This document shows positions 18,388 to 27,047 of a stretch of 64,000 bases of DNA, piece after piece. The DNA lies in assembly GCA_963746855.1 (NCBI GenBank), contig CAVVDC010000003.1, positions 38,289 to 102,288 of the forward strand, given 5' to 3'. How positions within the stretch are numbered: position 1 is the first letter of the stretch; every line of letters begins with the position of its first letter. The position numbers were made by a program, and so were the translations under genes. The stretch comes from an uncultured Chloroflexia bacterium (GTDB taxonomy: Bacteria; Chloroflexota; Limnocylindria; Limnocylindrales; CSP1-4). Below the pieces are notes generated by a model. It saw nothing but the letters and a program-made list of their open reading frames with translations. It did not search any database and was not told the origin of the DNA.

Positions 18388-19967
18388 CGCTCGCTCCCCA
18401 GGCGGATCGTCCAGATGTCCTTGACGTTCTCGTGGGCCCGGATGGCGTCGGCGACGCCGTCGGGGACGTCGTCGTCGAGGGCGAGGATCATCAGGGCATC
18501 CTCGCGCGGCCGGGAGCGAGCCAGGTGCATGGCGCTGATGTTCACGTCGGCCTCGCCGAGCATGATGCCGATCCGGCCGACCGTGCCCGGACGGTCCATG
18601 TGCCGGGTGATGAGCATCACGTCGGATGGGGCCATGTCCAGGCGGTAGTCGTCGAGGCGGGTGATCCGTGGTTCACCGGCGGCGACCGTGCCGGCGACGG
18701 TCGTCGTCACGCCGCGACGCTCGGTCGAGAGCGTCAGCTGCGAGGAGAACGCCCCGGCGTCCGGGGTCTTGCGCTCGATCAGCGTGATGCCGCGGGCCTT
18801 CGCCAGGGCCCCCGCATTGACCAGGTTGACCCGCTCCATCGTGGTCGTCTCGAGAAGGCCGCGCAGGACAGCCGCGGTGAGCGGCGTGCCGTCGTAGGCG
18901 GCGAGGTCGCCGGCGATCTCGAGGGTCAGCGTCTTGAGCCCGCCACGGGTGAACTCCGCGAAGAACCGCCCCAGGACCTCGGCCAGGGGCAGGTACGGGG
19001 CGATCGCACGGGCCGTCTCCGGCGTGAGCAGCGGGGCGTTGACCGCGTAGCGCGCACTGCGCCCTTCGAGCACATCGAGGACCTGCGCCGCCACCTCCTC
19101 GGCGACGAGGATCTGCGCCTCGGCCGTCGAGGCCCCGAGGTGCGGCGTCAGCAGCGTGTTCGGGGCATCGAGGAGCGGCGAGCCGGTCGGTGGCTCGTGC
19201 TCGAACACGTCGATCCCGGCCCCACCGAGATGCCCTGACCGGAGCGCGTCGGCGACGGCGGCCTCGTCGAGGACGCCGCCGCGGGCGACGTTGAGGACGA
19301 TCGAGCCCGGCTTGAGCTTCGCGATGGCCGACTTGCCGATCATCGCGCGGGTCGTTCGCGTCAGCGGGACGTGGACGGTCACGATGTCCGAGCGTCGCAG
19401 GAGCTCGTCGAGCTCCACGAGCTCCACGCCGTGGTTGGCCGCCTGCTCGGCCGTGACGAACGGGTCGACGCCCAGGACCGTCATCTCCATCGCCCGCGCC
19501 CGCACCGCGATCGCCTGGCCGATCTTGCCGAGTCCGACGATGCCCAGGGTCCGGCCACGTAACTCACGTCCGGTGAACGCCGAGCGTTCCCACTTGCCGG
19601 CCCGGACCGAGGCGTCGGCGGGGGCGGTCTTGCGGGCCAGGCCGTACATGAGCGCGAACGTGTGCTCGGCGGCTGCGATCGTATTGCCGGTCGGCGCGTT
19701 GACGACCGTGATGCCGGCCCGCGTGGCCGCATCGAGATCGACGTTGTCCACGCCCACGCCGGCGCGACCGATGACGACCAGCCGCGTGCCGGCCGCGATG
19801 AGCTCGGCGTCCACCGCGACCTGGCTGCGCACGATGAGCGCGTCGTAGTCGGGCAGGATCGCGCAGAGCTCCTCGCGCGAGAGGCCGGGTCGTTCGTCGA
19901 CGTCGTGGTGGGCCCGCAGGAGCTCGATGCCCTCGCTGGCGACCGGTTCTGCGACGAGGATCCTCAC
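18384..19967 (-). CDS. serA: D-3-phosphoglycerate dehydrogenase
   Basis: 527 aa: 2-hydroxyacid dehydrogenase catalytic and NAD domains (GRTLGIVGLGKIGQAIA, HVPLTRTTRAMIG, GAGIDVFEHEPP) plus a C-terminal ASB/ACT regulatory domain. Confidence 0.9.
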   Translation of the reverse strand: MRILVAEPVASEGIELLRAHHDVDERPGLSREELCAILPDYDALIVRSQVAVDAELIAAGTRLVVIGRAGVGVDNVDLDAATRAGITVVNAPTGNTIAAAEHTFALMYGLARKTAPADASVRAGKWERSAFTGRELRGRTLGIVGLGKIGQAIAVRARAMEMTVLGVDPFVTAEQAANHGVELVELDELLRRSDIVTVHVPLTRTTRAMIGKSAIAKLKPGSIVLNVARGGVLDEAAVADALRSGHLGGAGIDVFEHEPPTGSPLLDAPNTLLTPHLGASTAEAQILVAEEVAAQVLDVLEGRSARYAVNAPLLTPETARAIAPYLPLAEVLGRFFAEFTRGGLKTLTLEIAGDLAAYDGTPLTAAVLRGLLETTTMERVNLVNAGALAKARGITLIERKTPDAGAFSSQLTLSTERRGVTTTVAGTVAAGEPRITRLDDYRLDMAPSDVMLITRHMDRPGTVGRIGIMLGEADVNISAMHLARSRPREDALMILALDDDVPDGVADAIRAHENVKDIWTIRLGSER

Positions 19968-21154
19968 CCGGCGGCTCCGGCGACCGACAGCGCGACGATC
20001 CCCTGGGCGGCCAGGGCGGCGGCCTGCGCAGCCCCGACGGCACTGCCGGGCGTGACGGGACGACCATGGACGAGCGAGGCGATCTCGAGCGTGCTCATCG
20101 CGCCCAGGATCTCCTCGACAGTCACCGAGCCCAGGTGACCGACCCGGAAGATCTTGCCGGTCAGCTTGCCCTGGCCGCCCGCCAGGACCACCCCGCGACG
20201 CTTGACTTCGGCGTTGAACGCCTTCCAGTCGAGACCGTCGGGGATGAGGGCCGCGGTCACGGTCTTCGAGGCGACATCGGCCTCGGCGAGCAGGTCGAAC
20301 CCGAGCGCGGCAAGCCCCGCCCGGGCCGCGGCGGCGCAGGCCTCATGGCGGGCGAAGATGGCGGGCGCGCCTTCCTCGGCCATGAGCCGGAGTCCCTCGT
20401 CGACCTGGTAGACGACGGCGATCGCCGGCGTGAACGGCGTCTGGCCAGCGGCGTGGCTCTCGCGGTGCGTCTTTAGGTCGAGGTAGAAGCGCGGCATCGT
20501 CGCGTGCTCCATCGCGGCCCACGCCCGCGACGATGCGGCGATCATCGCCAGGCCCGGCGCCGACATCCAGGCCTTCTGCGACCCGGTGACGACGACGTCC
20601 ACGCCCCAGGCGTCCATCTCGAATGGCACGGCCCCCAGGCCGGACACGCTGTCCACGAGGATGAACGCGTCCGGTGCCTCCTCGCGGATGGCGGCCGCCA
20701 GGTCGCGGATCGGGTTCATCACCCCGGTCGAGGTCTCGTTGTGCGTCAGCAGCACCGCCTTGAGGCCGGGGATCGTACGCAGCCGCTCGCGGACCTCGTC
20801 GGCCGCCGCCGCGTAGCCCCACTCGGCGTCGAGCTTGGTGACGTCCGCCCCGTAGATCCCGGCGATCTTGGCGAACCGGTCGCCGAACGAGCCGATCGAG
20901 ACGCCGAGCACCTTGTCCCCGGGCGAGAGCGTGTTGACGACCGCCGCCTCGAGGCCTCCGGACCCGGCCGTCGTGATCATCGCGACATCGGAAGTGGTGC
21001 CGAAGAACGGCTTCATCCCGCTCAGGATCCGCTCGAGCATCGCCGCGAACTCCGGTCCGCGGTGATTGATCATCTGGCGGCCGCCGGCGACGCGAACCGA
21101 GGGCGGCAGGGCCGTCGGTCCGGGGATGCGCAGGTTCGGTTCGAAGCGGTCCAC
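19964..21154 (-). CDS. Class V aminotransferase (AGXT / SerC-type phosphoserine aminotransferase family)
   Basis: GTG start at 21154 preceded by GGAGG, giving VDRFEPNLRIPGPTALPP (typical N-terminus). PLP-lysine region VDVVVTGSQKAWMSAPGL. Overlaps the serA start (operon). Confidence 0.8.
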   Translation of the reverse strand: MDRFEPNLRIPGPTALPPSVRVAGGRQMINHRGPEFAAMLERILSGMKPFFGTTSDVAMITTAGSGGLEAAVVNTLSPGDKVLGVSIGSFGDRFAKIAGIYGADVTKLDAEWGYAAAADEVRERLRTIPGLKAVLLTHNETSTGVMNPIRDLAAAIREEAPDAFILVDSVSGLGAVPFEMDAWGVDVVVTGSQKAWMSAPGLAMIAASSRAWAAMEHATMPRFYLDLKTHRESHAAGQTPFTPAIAVVYQVDEGLRLMAEEGAPAIFARHEACAAAARAGLAALGFDLLAEADVASKTVTAALIPDGLDWKAFNAEVKRRGVVLAGGQGKLTGKIFRVGHLGSVTVEEILGAMSTLEIASLVHGRPVTPGSAVGAAQAAALAAQGIVALSVAGAAG

Positions 21155-21255
21155 GGCGGCCTCCGGCTGGCACGAACTGAGGCTGGATGACGGTCGGGCG
21201 GGTCGGGCGACGATGGTCGCACGGGTTGACCGCATCCCGCCAACGTGTCATATAT

Positions 21256-21271
21256 GTCGTCATATGACGAC
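21256..21271. promoter_or_regulatory. 16-bp perfect palindrome GTCGTCATATGACGAC spanning the antitoxin start codon (putative autoregulatory operator)
   Basis: Read directly from the sequence. The ATG of the RHH gene (21264-21266) lies in the centre of the palindrome. The region is locally AT-rich (tgtcatatatgtcgtcatatgacgacg). Confidence 0.5.
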
Positions 21272-21515
21272 GCGTCGGACCACGATCCTGGCTGACCCGG
21301 ACCTGCTCGAGCGGGTCGCCCGGTTTGCCACGCGCCGACGGACCTCGCGGACCGCGGTGATCACCGCGGCGATCGAGGCGTACCTCGAGGCGCACGACGA
21401 GGCGCCCGACCTGCCGTTCCTCGCCATCGGCCGGAGCCAGCACGGCCGGCTCTCGCTGGATGGCCGGTCGATCGCCCGCCGGGAGGCGGGCCGCCGCCAG
21501 CCCGCGAACCGCTAG
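21264..21515 (+). CDS. Ribbon-helix-helix (CopG/VapB-like) antitoxin
   Basis: 83 aa; N-terminal MTTRRTTILADPDLLERVARFATRRRTSRTAVITAAIEAYLE is an RHH fold. Lies directly upstream of a PIN gene. Confidence 0.7.
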   Translation: MTTRRTTILADPDLLERVARFATRRRTSRTAVITAAIEAYLEAHDEAPDLPFLAIGRSQHGRLSLDGRSIARREAGRRQPANR

Positions 21516-21525
21516 CCGGAGAGCC

Positions 21526-21939
21526 GTGGCCATCCTGCTCGACGCGAGCGCCGTGCTGGCCGCGGCCGACCGGGCCGACCTGAACCACGACGCGGCGGTC
21601 GCCTGGTTCCGGCGAGCCGACGAACCGCTCTTGCTCGGCGACCTGACCCTGGCCGAGCTCGACGTCCTGCTCCAGCGGGAGCTCGGACTCGAGGCGACGC
21701 TCGCCCTGATCGGGTCCGTGACCGGAGGGGGGATCCGGCTCGTCGCCCCGACCGATGCCGATATGGCGCGGGCGGCGGAGCACCTGCAGGCTGCGGCGGA
21801 GCATCGGCCGCGCCTCGCCGACGCCCTGCTCGTCGCGACCGCCGAGCGCCTCGGGATCCGTCGCATCGCCACGTTCGACCGGCGGCCGATCGCCGTCTTC
21901 CAGCCCCGCCACGTCCGGTCCTTCGACCTCGAGCCGTGA
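21526..21939 (+). CDS. vapC: PIN-domain ribonuclease toxin (VapC-like)
   Basis: GTG start with GGAGAG RBS. Acidic PIN residues at ILLDAS, TLAELD, LADALLVATAERLG, IATFDRR. Confidence 0.75.
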   Translation: MAILLDASAVLAAADRADLNHDAAVAWFRRADEPLLLGDLTLAELDVLLQRELGLEATLALIGSVTGGGIRLVAPTDADMARAAEHLQAAAEHRPRLADALLVATAERLGIRRIATFDRRPIAVFQPRHVRSFDLEP

Positions 21940-22024
21940 CAGCGCGCACCGGCTGGAGCAACACGTTGGACGCTTCCAGCGTCGTTTGGCCGTAGGATGG
22001 CAACCCCCGGAGGACCGCCAGCGC

Positions 22025-23008
22025 ATGTTCAGTCGACCCCGCCGCCGCACGCAGCTCATCTCCGGGTCGGCGATGGTCGTGCTGCTCGTCCTCGCGGTCA
22101 GTTCCGGCGCGGTCGCGGTCAACGCCTTCGGGGCGGGTGACCAATTCGACCGCCTGGTCGCGCGCGTCGACCGGTTCCTGGCTGGGCCGCCGCCGGACCG
22201 GCCAGGTCCCGATACCGTGCTTGTCGTCGATCCGCAGGACGAGGCCGACGAGGACGAGCCGTCGGACCCGCCCGAGGCGCCCGAGCCGACCGAGGCCGCG
22301 GTCCTGCCGCCGAGCGGGTCGACCGGCCCTTCGGCCGCGCCCACGCCGACCGCCGAAGCGACGCCGACGCCGGCCAAGACCCCCGACCGGGCGCCGGTCG
22401 ACATCGATATCGTGGCCAAGCCGAAGGCGGTCTTCGCCTCCGAGCTCAAGGACACGTGGTGCGCCACGGCCGGAGTCCAGATGACGCTCGCGGTCCTCGG
22501 CCAGGGCGACACGTCGGACGCCTTCCAGAAGCAGCTCCAACGGCAGGTCCGCAACTGGGAGAGCTACGCCGACAGCCACAACGGCGACTGGGGCCCCGGC
22601 GCCATGGCGCTCGCGCTCGAGGCGCACGGCGTTCCGGGCTACGAAGTCCGAGCCTACAAGTCCCGGGGCGCCGCCCTGCGCGACGCCGCGAAGGCGATCC
22701 GCAAGACGAACTCGCCCGTGCTCCTGCTCGCCTGGCGTGGGGCGCACACCTGGGTCATGACCGGATTCCGCGCGGACGCGGATCCGCTCGTCTTCAAGGA
22801 CGCCAAGGTCTCGGGTGCGTACATCCTGGATCCGTGGTATCCGCGGGTCTCCAGCATCTGGGGCAGGTCCGATCCGCCCGGGACCTTCCAGAATACCGCC
22901 GAGATGGAACGCAACTACCTGAAGTGGAAGCGGCCCGAGGGCCACTACAAGGACCGCGACGGCCTCTACATCGCGGTCGTGCCGACGCTCATCGCGCCGG
23001 ATCGCTGA
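22025..23008 (+). CDS. Secreted hypothetical protein with Pro/Thr-rich linker and putative papain-like (C39-like) cysteine peptidase domain
   Basis: Signal peptide/TM (LISGSAMVVLLVLAVSSGAVAVNAF), a PEAPEPTEAAVLPPSGSTGPSAAPTPTAEATPTPAKTP linker, then a Cys (DTWCATAGVQMT) ... His (GAHTWVMTGF) arrangement. The domain call is inference. Confidence 0.45.
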   Translation: MFSRPRRRTQLISGSAMVVLLVLAVSSGAVAVNAFGAGDQFDRLVARVDRFLAGPPPDRPGPDTVLVVDPQDEADEDEPSDPPEAPEPTEAAVLPPSGSTGPSAAPTPTAEATPTPAKTPDRAPVDIDIVAKPKAVFASELKDTWCATAGVQMTLAVLGQGDTSDAFQKQLQRQVRNWESYADSHNGDWGPGAMALALEAHGVPGYEVRAYKSRGAALRDAAKAIRKTNSPVLLLAWRGAHTWVMTGFRADADPLVFKDAKVSGAYILDPWYPRVSSIWGRSDPPGTFQNTAEMERNYLKWKRPEGHYKDRDGLYIAVVPTLIAPDR

Positions 23009-24342
23009 GCCTCGAACCGGCGCAGCCGACCGACGAGGAAGATCGCCAGGAGCAGGTCCTTGGCCGCCATCCCGGCCGCATAGCCGAGCGGGATGGCGAG
23101 GATCCCGATGGGCTCGACCAGGATCTGCGAGACCGCCACGACCACGCCCAGGCCCGCGAACGACGAAGCGACCTGCCGGATGGTGTCGTGCGTCGCGTAC
23201 AGCCCCCTCGAGAGCGGGTAGGCGAGGGCGTCGAAGGGGACCGAGATCGCGAACGCCGCCACGACGGCCGAGGTGAGCGCGACGTCGTCCGGTCCGAACT
23301 TGCCGCCGCCCAGCAACACCTCCACGAGGAGTCCGGACAGGACGAAGAGGCCGACTGCCGCGATCCCCGTCAGGACCCCGATCGTGACCAGGTTGCGGCG
23401 CAGGACCGCCCGGTAGGCCGGGGCGTCGCCGTCGGCGAAAGCCGCCGACAGGGTGGGGAAGACCGCGAGCGAGAACGTGACCCCGATCAGGCTTACCGGC
23501 AGGACCTGGTAGTCGTTCGCGAAGTTCAGGGCGGTCACGCTGCCTGCCCCGAGCGACGCGGCGAGGATCGTGAAGTACGTCACCGTGATCGGTTCGATCG
23601 GGTGGCTGATCATGCGCGGGATCATCAGCCGGATGAACTCGCCGAACGCCTGCGTCCGGATGGCGAACGCGGGCCGGATCCGGAACGACGTCCGGCGGAT
23701 GCCAAGTGCCCGGATCCCGAGATGGGCCGCGGCGCCGGCGACCGCGCCCCAGGCGGTGGCGTAGATCCCGAACCGGTCGGCGAACAGCACAGTCCCGAGG
23801 ACGATCCCGCTCGTGTACAGGACCGGCGCCAGGGCATAGAAGGCGAACCGCCGGTTCGCGACGAGGACCTCGCCGATCGCGAACGACGCCGCGAACAGGA
23901 TCTGGGCGAGGCAGTTGATCCGCAGCAGGTCGATGTACATCGCGCGCGTCGCCGGGTCGAAGCCTTCGAACCAGTCGGCCAGCCAAGGCGCCGCGATGGC
24001 GATCAGCGCCGATGCGACCGCCATGACGGCGACGGCACCGGTGAGCACCGTCTGCCCGAACGTGTTCGCACCCGCCTCGTCTCCTCGGCGGATGGTCGTG
24101 AAGATGGGGACGAAGGGCGCGGTCAGACCCGAGGCGACGAGCACGTCGAGCGCGATCTCGGGGATGCGGAAGGCCGCGTTGTAGGCGTCGAGCTCCGGGC
24201 CGGCCCCGTACGTCATCGCGAAGACCCGGTTGCGGACCAGGCCCATCGCGAAATAGGCGAGGCCCAGGACCGAGAGGACGATGGCCCCACGTGGGAACAC
24301 CCGCTCGACGAGCTGACGTACGAAGGCGAACGCTCGGCTCAT
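22966..24342 (-). CDS. murJ: Lipid II flippase MurJ/MviN
   Basis: Internal ATG with AGGAG RBS gives MSRAFAFVRQLVERVF... The protein has 12-14 TM helices and MurJ family conservation. The 126 upstream codons are Ser/Arg junk. Confidence 0.8.
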   Translation of the reverse strand: MSRAFAFVRQLVERVFPRGAIVLSVLGLAYFAMGLVRNRVFAMTYGAGPELDAYNAAFRIPEIALDVLVASGLTAPFVPIFTTIRRGDEAGANTFGQTVLTGAVAVMAVASALIAIAAPWLADWFEGFDPATRAMYIDLLRINCLAQILFAASFAIGEVLVANRRFAFYALAPVLYTSGIVLGTVLFADRFGIYATAWGAVAGAAAHLGIRALGIRRTSFRIRPAFAIRTQAFGEFIRLMIPRMISHPIEPITVTYFTILAASLGAGSVTALNFANDYQVLPVSLIGVTFSLAVFPTLSAAFADGDAPAYRAVLRRNLVTIGVLTGIAAVGLFVLSGLLVEVLLGGGKFGPDDVALTSAVVAAFAISVPFDALAYPLSRGLYATHDTIRQVASSFAGLGVVVAVSQILVEPIGILAIPLGYAAGMAAKDLLLAIFLVGRLRRFEAQRSGAMSVGTTAM

Positions 24343-24361
24343 GCTCGGCTCCTGAGCCGGC

Positions 24362-24808
24362 TCATCGAGACGACGACGAGGTCTCCCGGCTTTCGATCCG
24401 CGCCAGCGCCTCGAGGATCGAGCCGATGACCTCGGTGGTCGAGCCGAGCGGAAGGTCGATCCTGGTCGTGGCCGACTGGCTGAGCATCGCGTTGTAGTTG
24501 GCGGCGTTGCCGGCCAGGATCCGCATGTCGGTCCGCACAAGGACGACCGGCTTCCCCTTGCCGAACGCGTATCCCACCTCCCAGCACGTGCCCGAGTCCG
24601 GATCGGGCCCGTCCATGATCGCCACGAGACCGTCCGCCCAGTCGATGCCACCGACGTCCGTGGCGAAGATGCCAGCGTCGTCCTTGCCGGGCTCCTGCTC
24701 CTGGGGCAGGAAGACCTCATGCCCGGCCGCTCGAAGGGCGGCGGCTACTTCGGCGTTCCAGGTGCGCTCCGGCGTGGTGAAGAGAGACGCCGCGAAATAC
24801 AGCTTCAT
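24362..24808 (-). CDS. Nucleoside 2-deoxyribosyltransferase-like (PF05014) protein
   Basis: MKLYFAASLFTTPERTWN ... GTCWEVGYAFGKGKPVVLV matches the NDT/LOG-like Rossmann core. Confidence 0.65.
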   Translation of the reverse strand: MKLYFAASLFTTPERTWNAEVAAALRAAGHEVFLPQEQEPGKDDAGIFATDVGGIDWADGLVAIMDGPDPDSGTCWEVGYAFGKGKPVVLVRTDMRILAGNAANYNAMLSQSATTRIDLPLGSTTEVIGSILEALARIESRETSSSSR

Positions 24809-24941
24809 GCCCGCGAGTATCGGGCATGCGCGATCCTCATCGCGAGACCCCGAGGACGAGTCGCGGAGCGGCCTTCCGACGGCGCGCCGCCCGAGCACCT
24901 CGGGCCGAAGGGGATCTCCGTCCTGGCGAGTCGGCGATGGG

Positions 24942-26306
24942 CTAGCCGGCGGTACGGATGAGTTTCTTATTCACGAACTCGTCGGCCGCCAGCAGACCCA
25001 ACTCACGCGCCGTACCGCTTCGCTTGACGCCGCCGAACGGCAGTTCGGGACTGTCGGCCATCACCAAGTTGACGTAGACCATGCCCGCCTCGATCCGATC
25101 GGCGACCCGGGCCGCCTGCTTCGGATCGTTGCTGTACACGTACGAACCAAGCCCGAAGTTCGTGTCGTTGGCCAGCGTGACCGCTTCGTCCTCGTCGGCC
25201 ACGCGATAGACCACACCGACCGGTCCGAAGAACTCCTCGCGATAGGCGTCCATCTCGGGCGTCACGCCGGTCAGCACGGTCGGCGGATAGTACGCACCGT
25301 CCCGAGGGCCACCGATGACCGCGGTCGCGCCCTGCGCCACCGCCCGATCGACCTGATCTTCCAACCGGGTCGCCGCGGCCACCGACGACAGCGGGCCGAG
25401 CACCGTCTCGTCGAGGAGCGGGTCGCCCACCGGCGCCGCGGCCATCGCCGCGGCGAACTTGGCCAGGAACGCCTCGTACAACCCGTCCACGACGATGAAG
25501 CGCTTGGCGCCGTTGCAGGACTGGCCGGTGTTGTCCAGCCGTGCCGCGGCCGCCGCCGCGACCACCGCATCAAGATCATCGGTGGCCAGCACCAGGAACG
25601 GATCCGAGCCGCCGAGCTCCAGCGCCACCTTCTTCAGGTGCCGCCCGGCCATCTCGGCGACGGCCGCCCCGGCCCGCTCCGAGCCGGTCACCGACACGCC
25701 CTGGATCCGCGGATCGGCGACGATCCTCGCGGCCTGCTCCTTGCTCACGTAGACGTTGACGTACGCGCCGTCCGGCAGCCCGGCGTCACGATAGATCGCC
25801 TCGATGGCCGCGGCCGACTCCGGGCACTGCGACGCATGCTTCAGGACGATCGTGTTGCCGAGGATCAGGTTCGGCGCCGCGAACCTGGCCACCTGGTAGT
25901 AGGGAAAGTTCCACGGCATGATCCCGAGCAGCACGCCGAGCGGGCTGCGTCGGATCACGGCGGTGCCCTCGCCGAGGATGGTGAGCGGCTGATCGGCGGT
26001 GATCAGCTCCGCCTGGTCCGCGTAGTACAAGGTGATGTCGGCGGCGAAGTCGACCTCGCCGAGTGCTCCGGCCTTCACCTTGCCCATCTCCCGGACGATG
26101 ATGTCGGCCAGTTCCTCCCGACGTTCCCGATGCAGCTCGGCCGCCCGGCGAATGATGGCGGCCCGCTCGGCGACAGGGACCTTCCGCCAGGTCTCGAAGG
26201 CCGCTTGGGCCGCCGCGAGTGCCTGCTCGACCTGGGCATCGGTGAAGGTGTCGTAGGTGGCCCCGGTCTCTCCCGTGGCCGGGTTCACGACGGCGTACTC
26301 GATCAT
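24942..26306 (-). CDS. NAD(P)+-dependent aldehyde dehydrogenase (succinate-semialdehyde dehydrogenase-like)
   Basis: 454 aa; ALELGGSDPF (catalytic Glu region), NTGQSCNGAKR (catalytic Cys), GSERAG NAD motif. Confidence 0.9.
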   Translation of the reverse strand: MIEYAVVNPATGETGATYDTFTDAQVEQALAAAQAAFETWRKVPVAERAAIIRRAAELHRERREELADIIVREMGKVKAGALGEVDFAADITLYYADQAELITADQPLTILGEGTAVIRRSPLGVLLGIMPWNFPYYQVARFAAPNLILGNTIVLKHASQCPESAAAIEAIYRDAGLPDGAYVNVYVSKEQAARIVADPRIQGVSVTGSERAGAAVAEMAGRHLKKVALELGGSDPFLVLATDDLDAVVAAAAAARLDNTGQSCNGAKRFIVVDGLYEAFLAKFAAAMAAAPVGDPLLDETVLGPLSSVAAATRLEDQVDRAVAQGATAVIGGPRDGAYYPPTVLTGVTPEMDAYREEFFGPVGVVYRVADEDEAVTLANDTNFGLGSYVYSNDPKQAARVADRIEAGMVYVNLVMADSPELPFGGVKRSGTARELGLLAADEFVNKKLIRTAG

Positions 26307-26324
26307 GACGGTCCCCTTCGTTTG

Positions 26325-26933
26325 CTAGCTATCGAACGGCGCGTCCGCGATCTCCTCGAGGATGCCCGTGGCGATCATCTCCACGGCCGGGCAGGTCGGC
26401 TTGCGCGAGGCTTGGTCGACCAGGCGCTGGGTGAACTCCCGCTTGAAATCGACCCGCGGGTACGCGGCAAGCAATCCCGCGATGATCGCCGGTCGGACGT
26501 CGCCGAAGCGATGGCCGGTCACGTCGGTGCCGGCCGAGTCCCAGAGCAGCACGACCTCGGACGCGGGATCGGGCGGCAAGGTCTCGTCATTGTGCAGCGC
26601 GATCACGTCGTAGATCGCTCGGGCGTTCGCTTCCGGTTCCCCGACCTCGCCCGCGAGCCGCTCCGCCGCGACCGCGCCGTCGACCTCGTAGCAGCCGCCG
26701 AGGTCGTACGCCGGAACGAGGCCGATGTCGTGGAGCATCGCGGACACGTAGAGGATCTCGGGGTCGAACTGGAGCCGGTCGTGCCGTGCCAGCTCGACGG
26801 CCCAGGCATAACACCGGACCGAGTGGTTCACGAGGAAAGGCGGCGCAACGTCCGCGATGAGCTCGCGGGCTCGCCGCGCGATCGCTGAATCCGGCACGGG
26901 CATCCCGAGCCCGGTGAGTGCCTCGTCCATCAT
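26325..26933 (-). CDS. HD-domain phosphohydrolase
   Basis: HSVRCYAWAVELA...YVSAMLHDIGLV contains the H...HD signature. Confidence 0.75.
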   Translation of the reverse strand: MMDEALTGLGMPVPDSAIARRARELIADVAPPFLVNHSVRCYAWAVELARHDRLQFDPEILYVSAMLHDIGLVPAYDLGGCYEVDGAVAAERLAGEVGEPEANARAIYDVIALHNDETLPPDPASEVVLLWDSAGTDVTGHRFGDVRPAIIAGLLAAYPRVDFKREFTQRLVDQASRKPTCPAVEMIATGILEEIADAPFDS

Positions 26934-27047
26934 GTGATCCGCCGATCGACTCGGTTGCCGCTCGTCGTCCCGGTGACGAGTGGACGACCGAGCGTCGCCG
27001 CCAACAGTAGCAGGCCACCAGGACGATCCGTCGTGGCAGGTCGCGTG

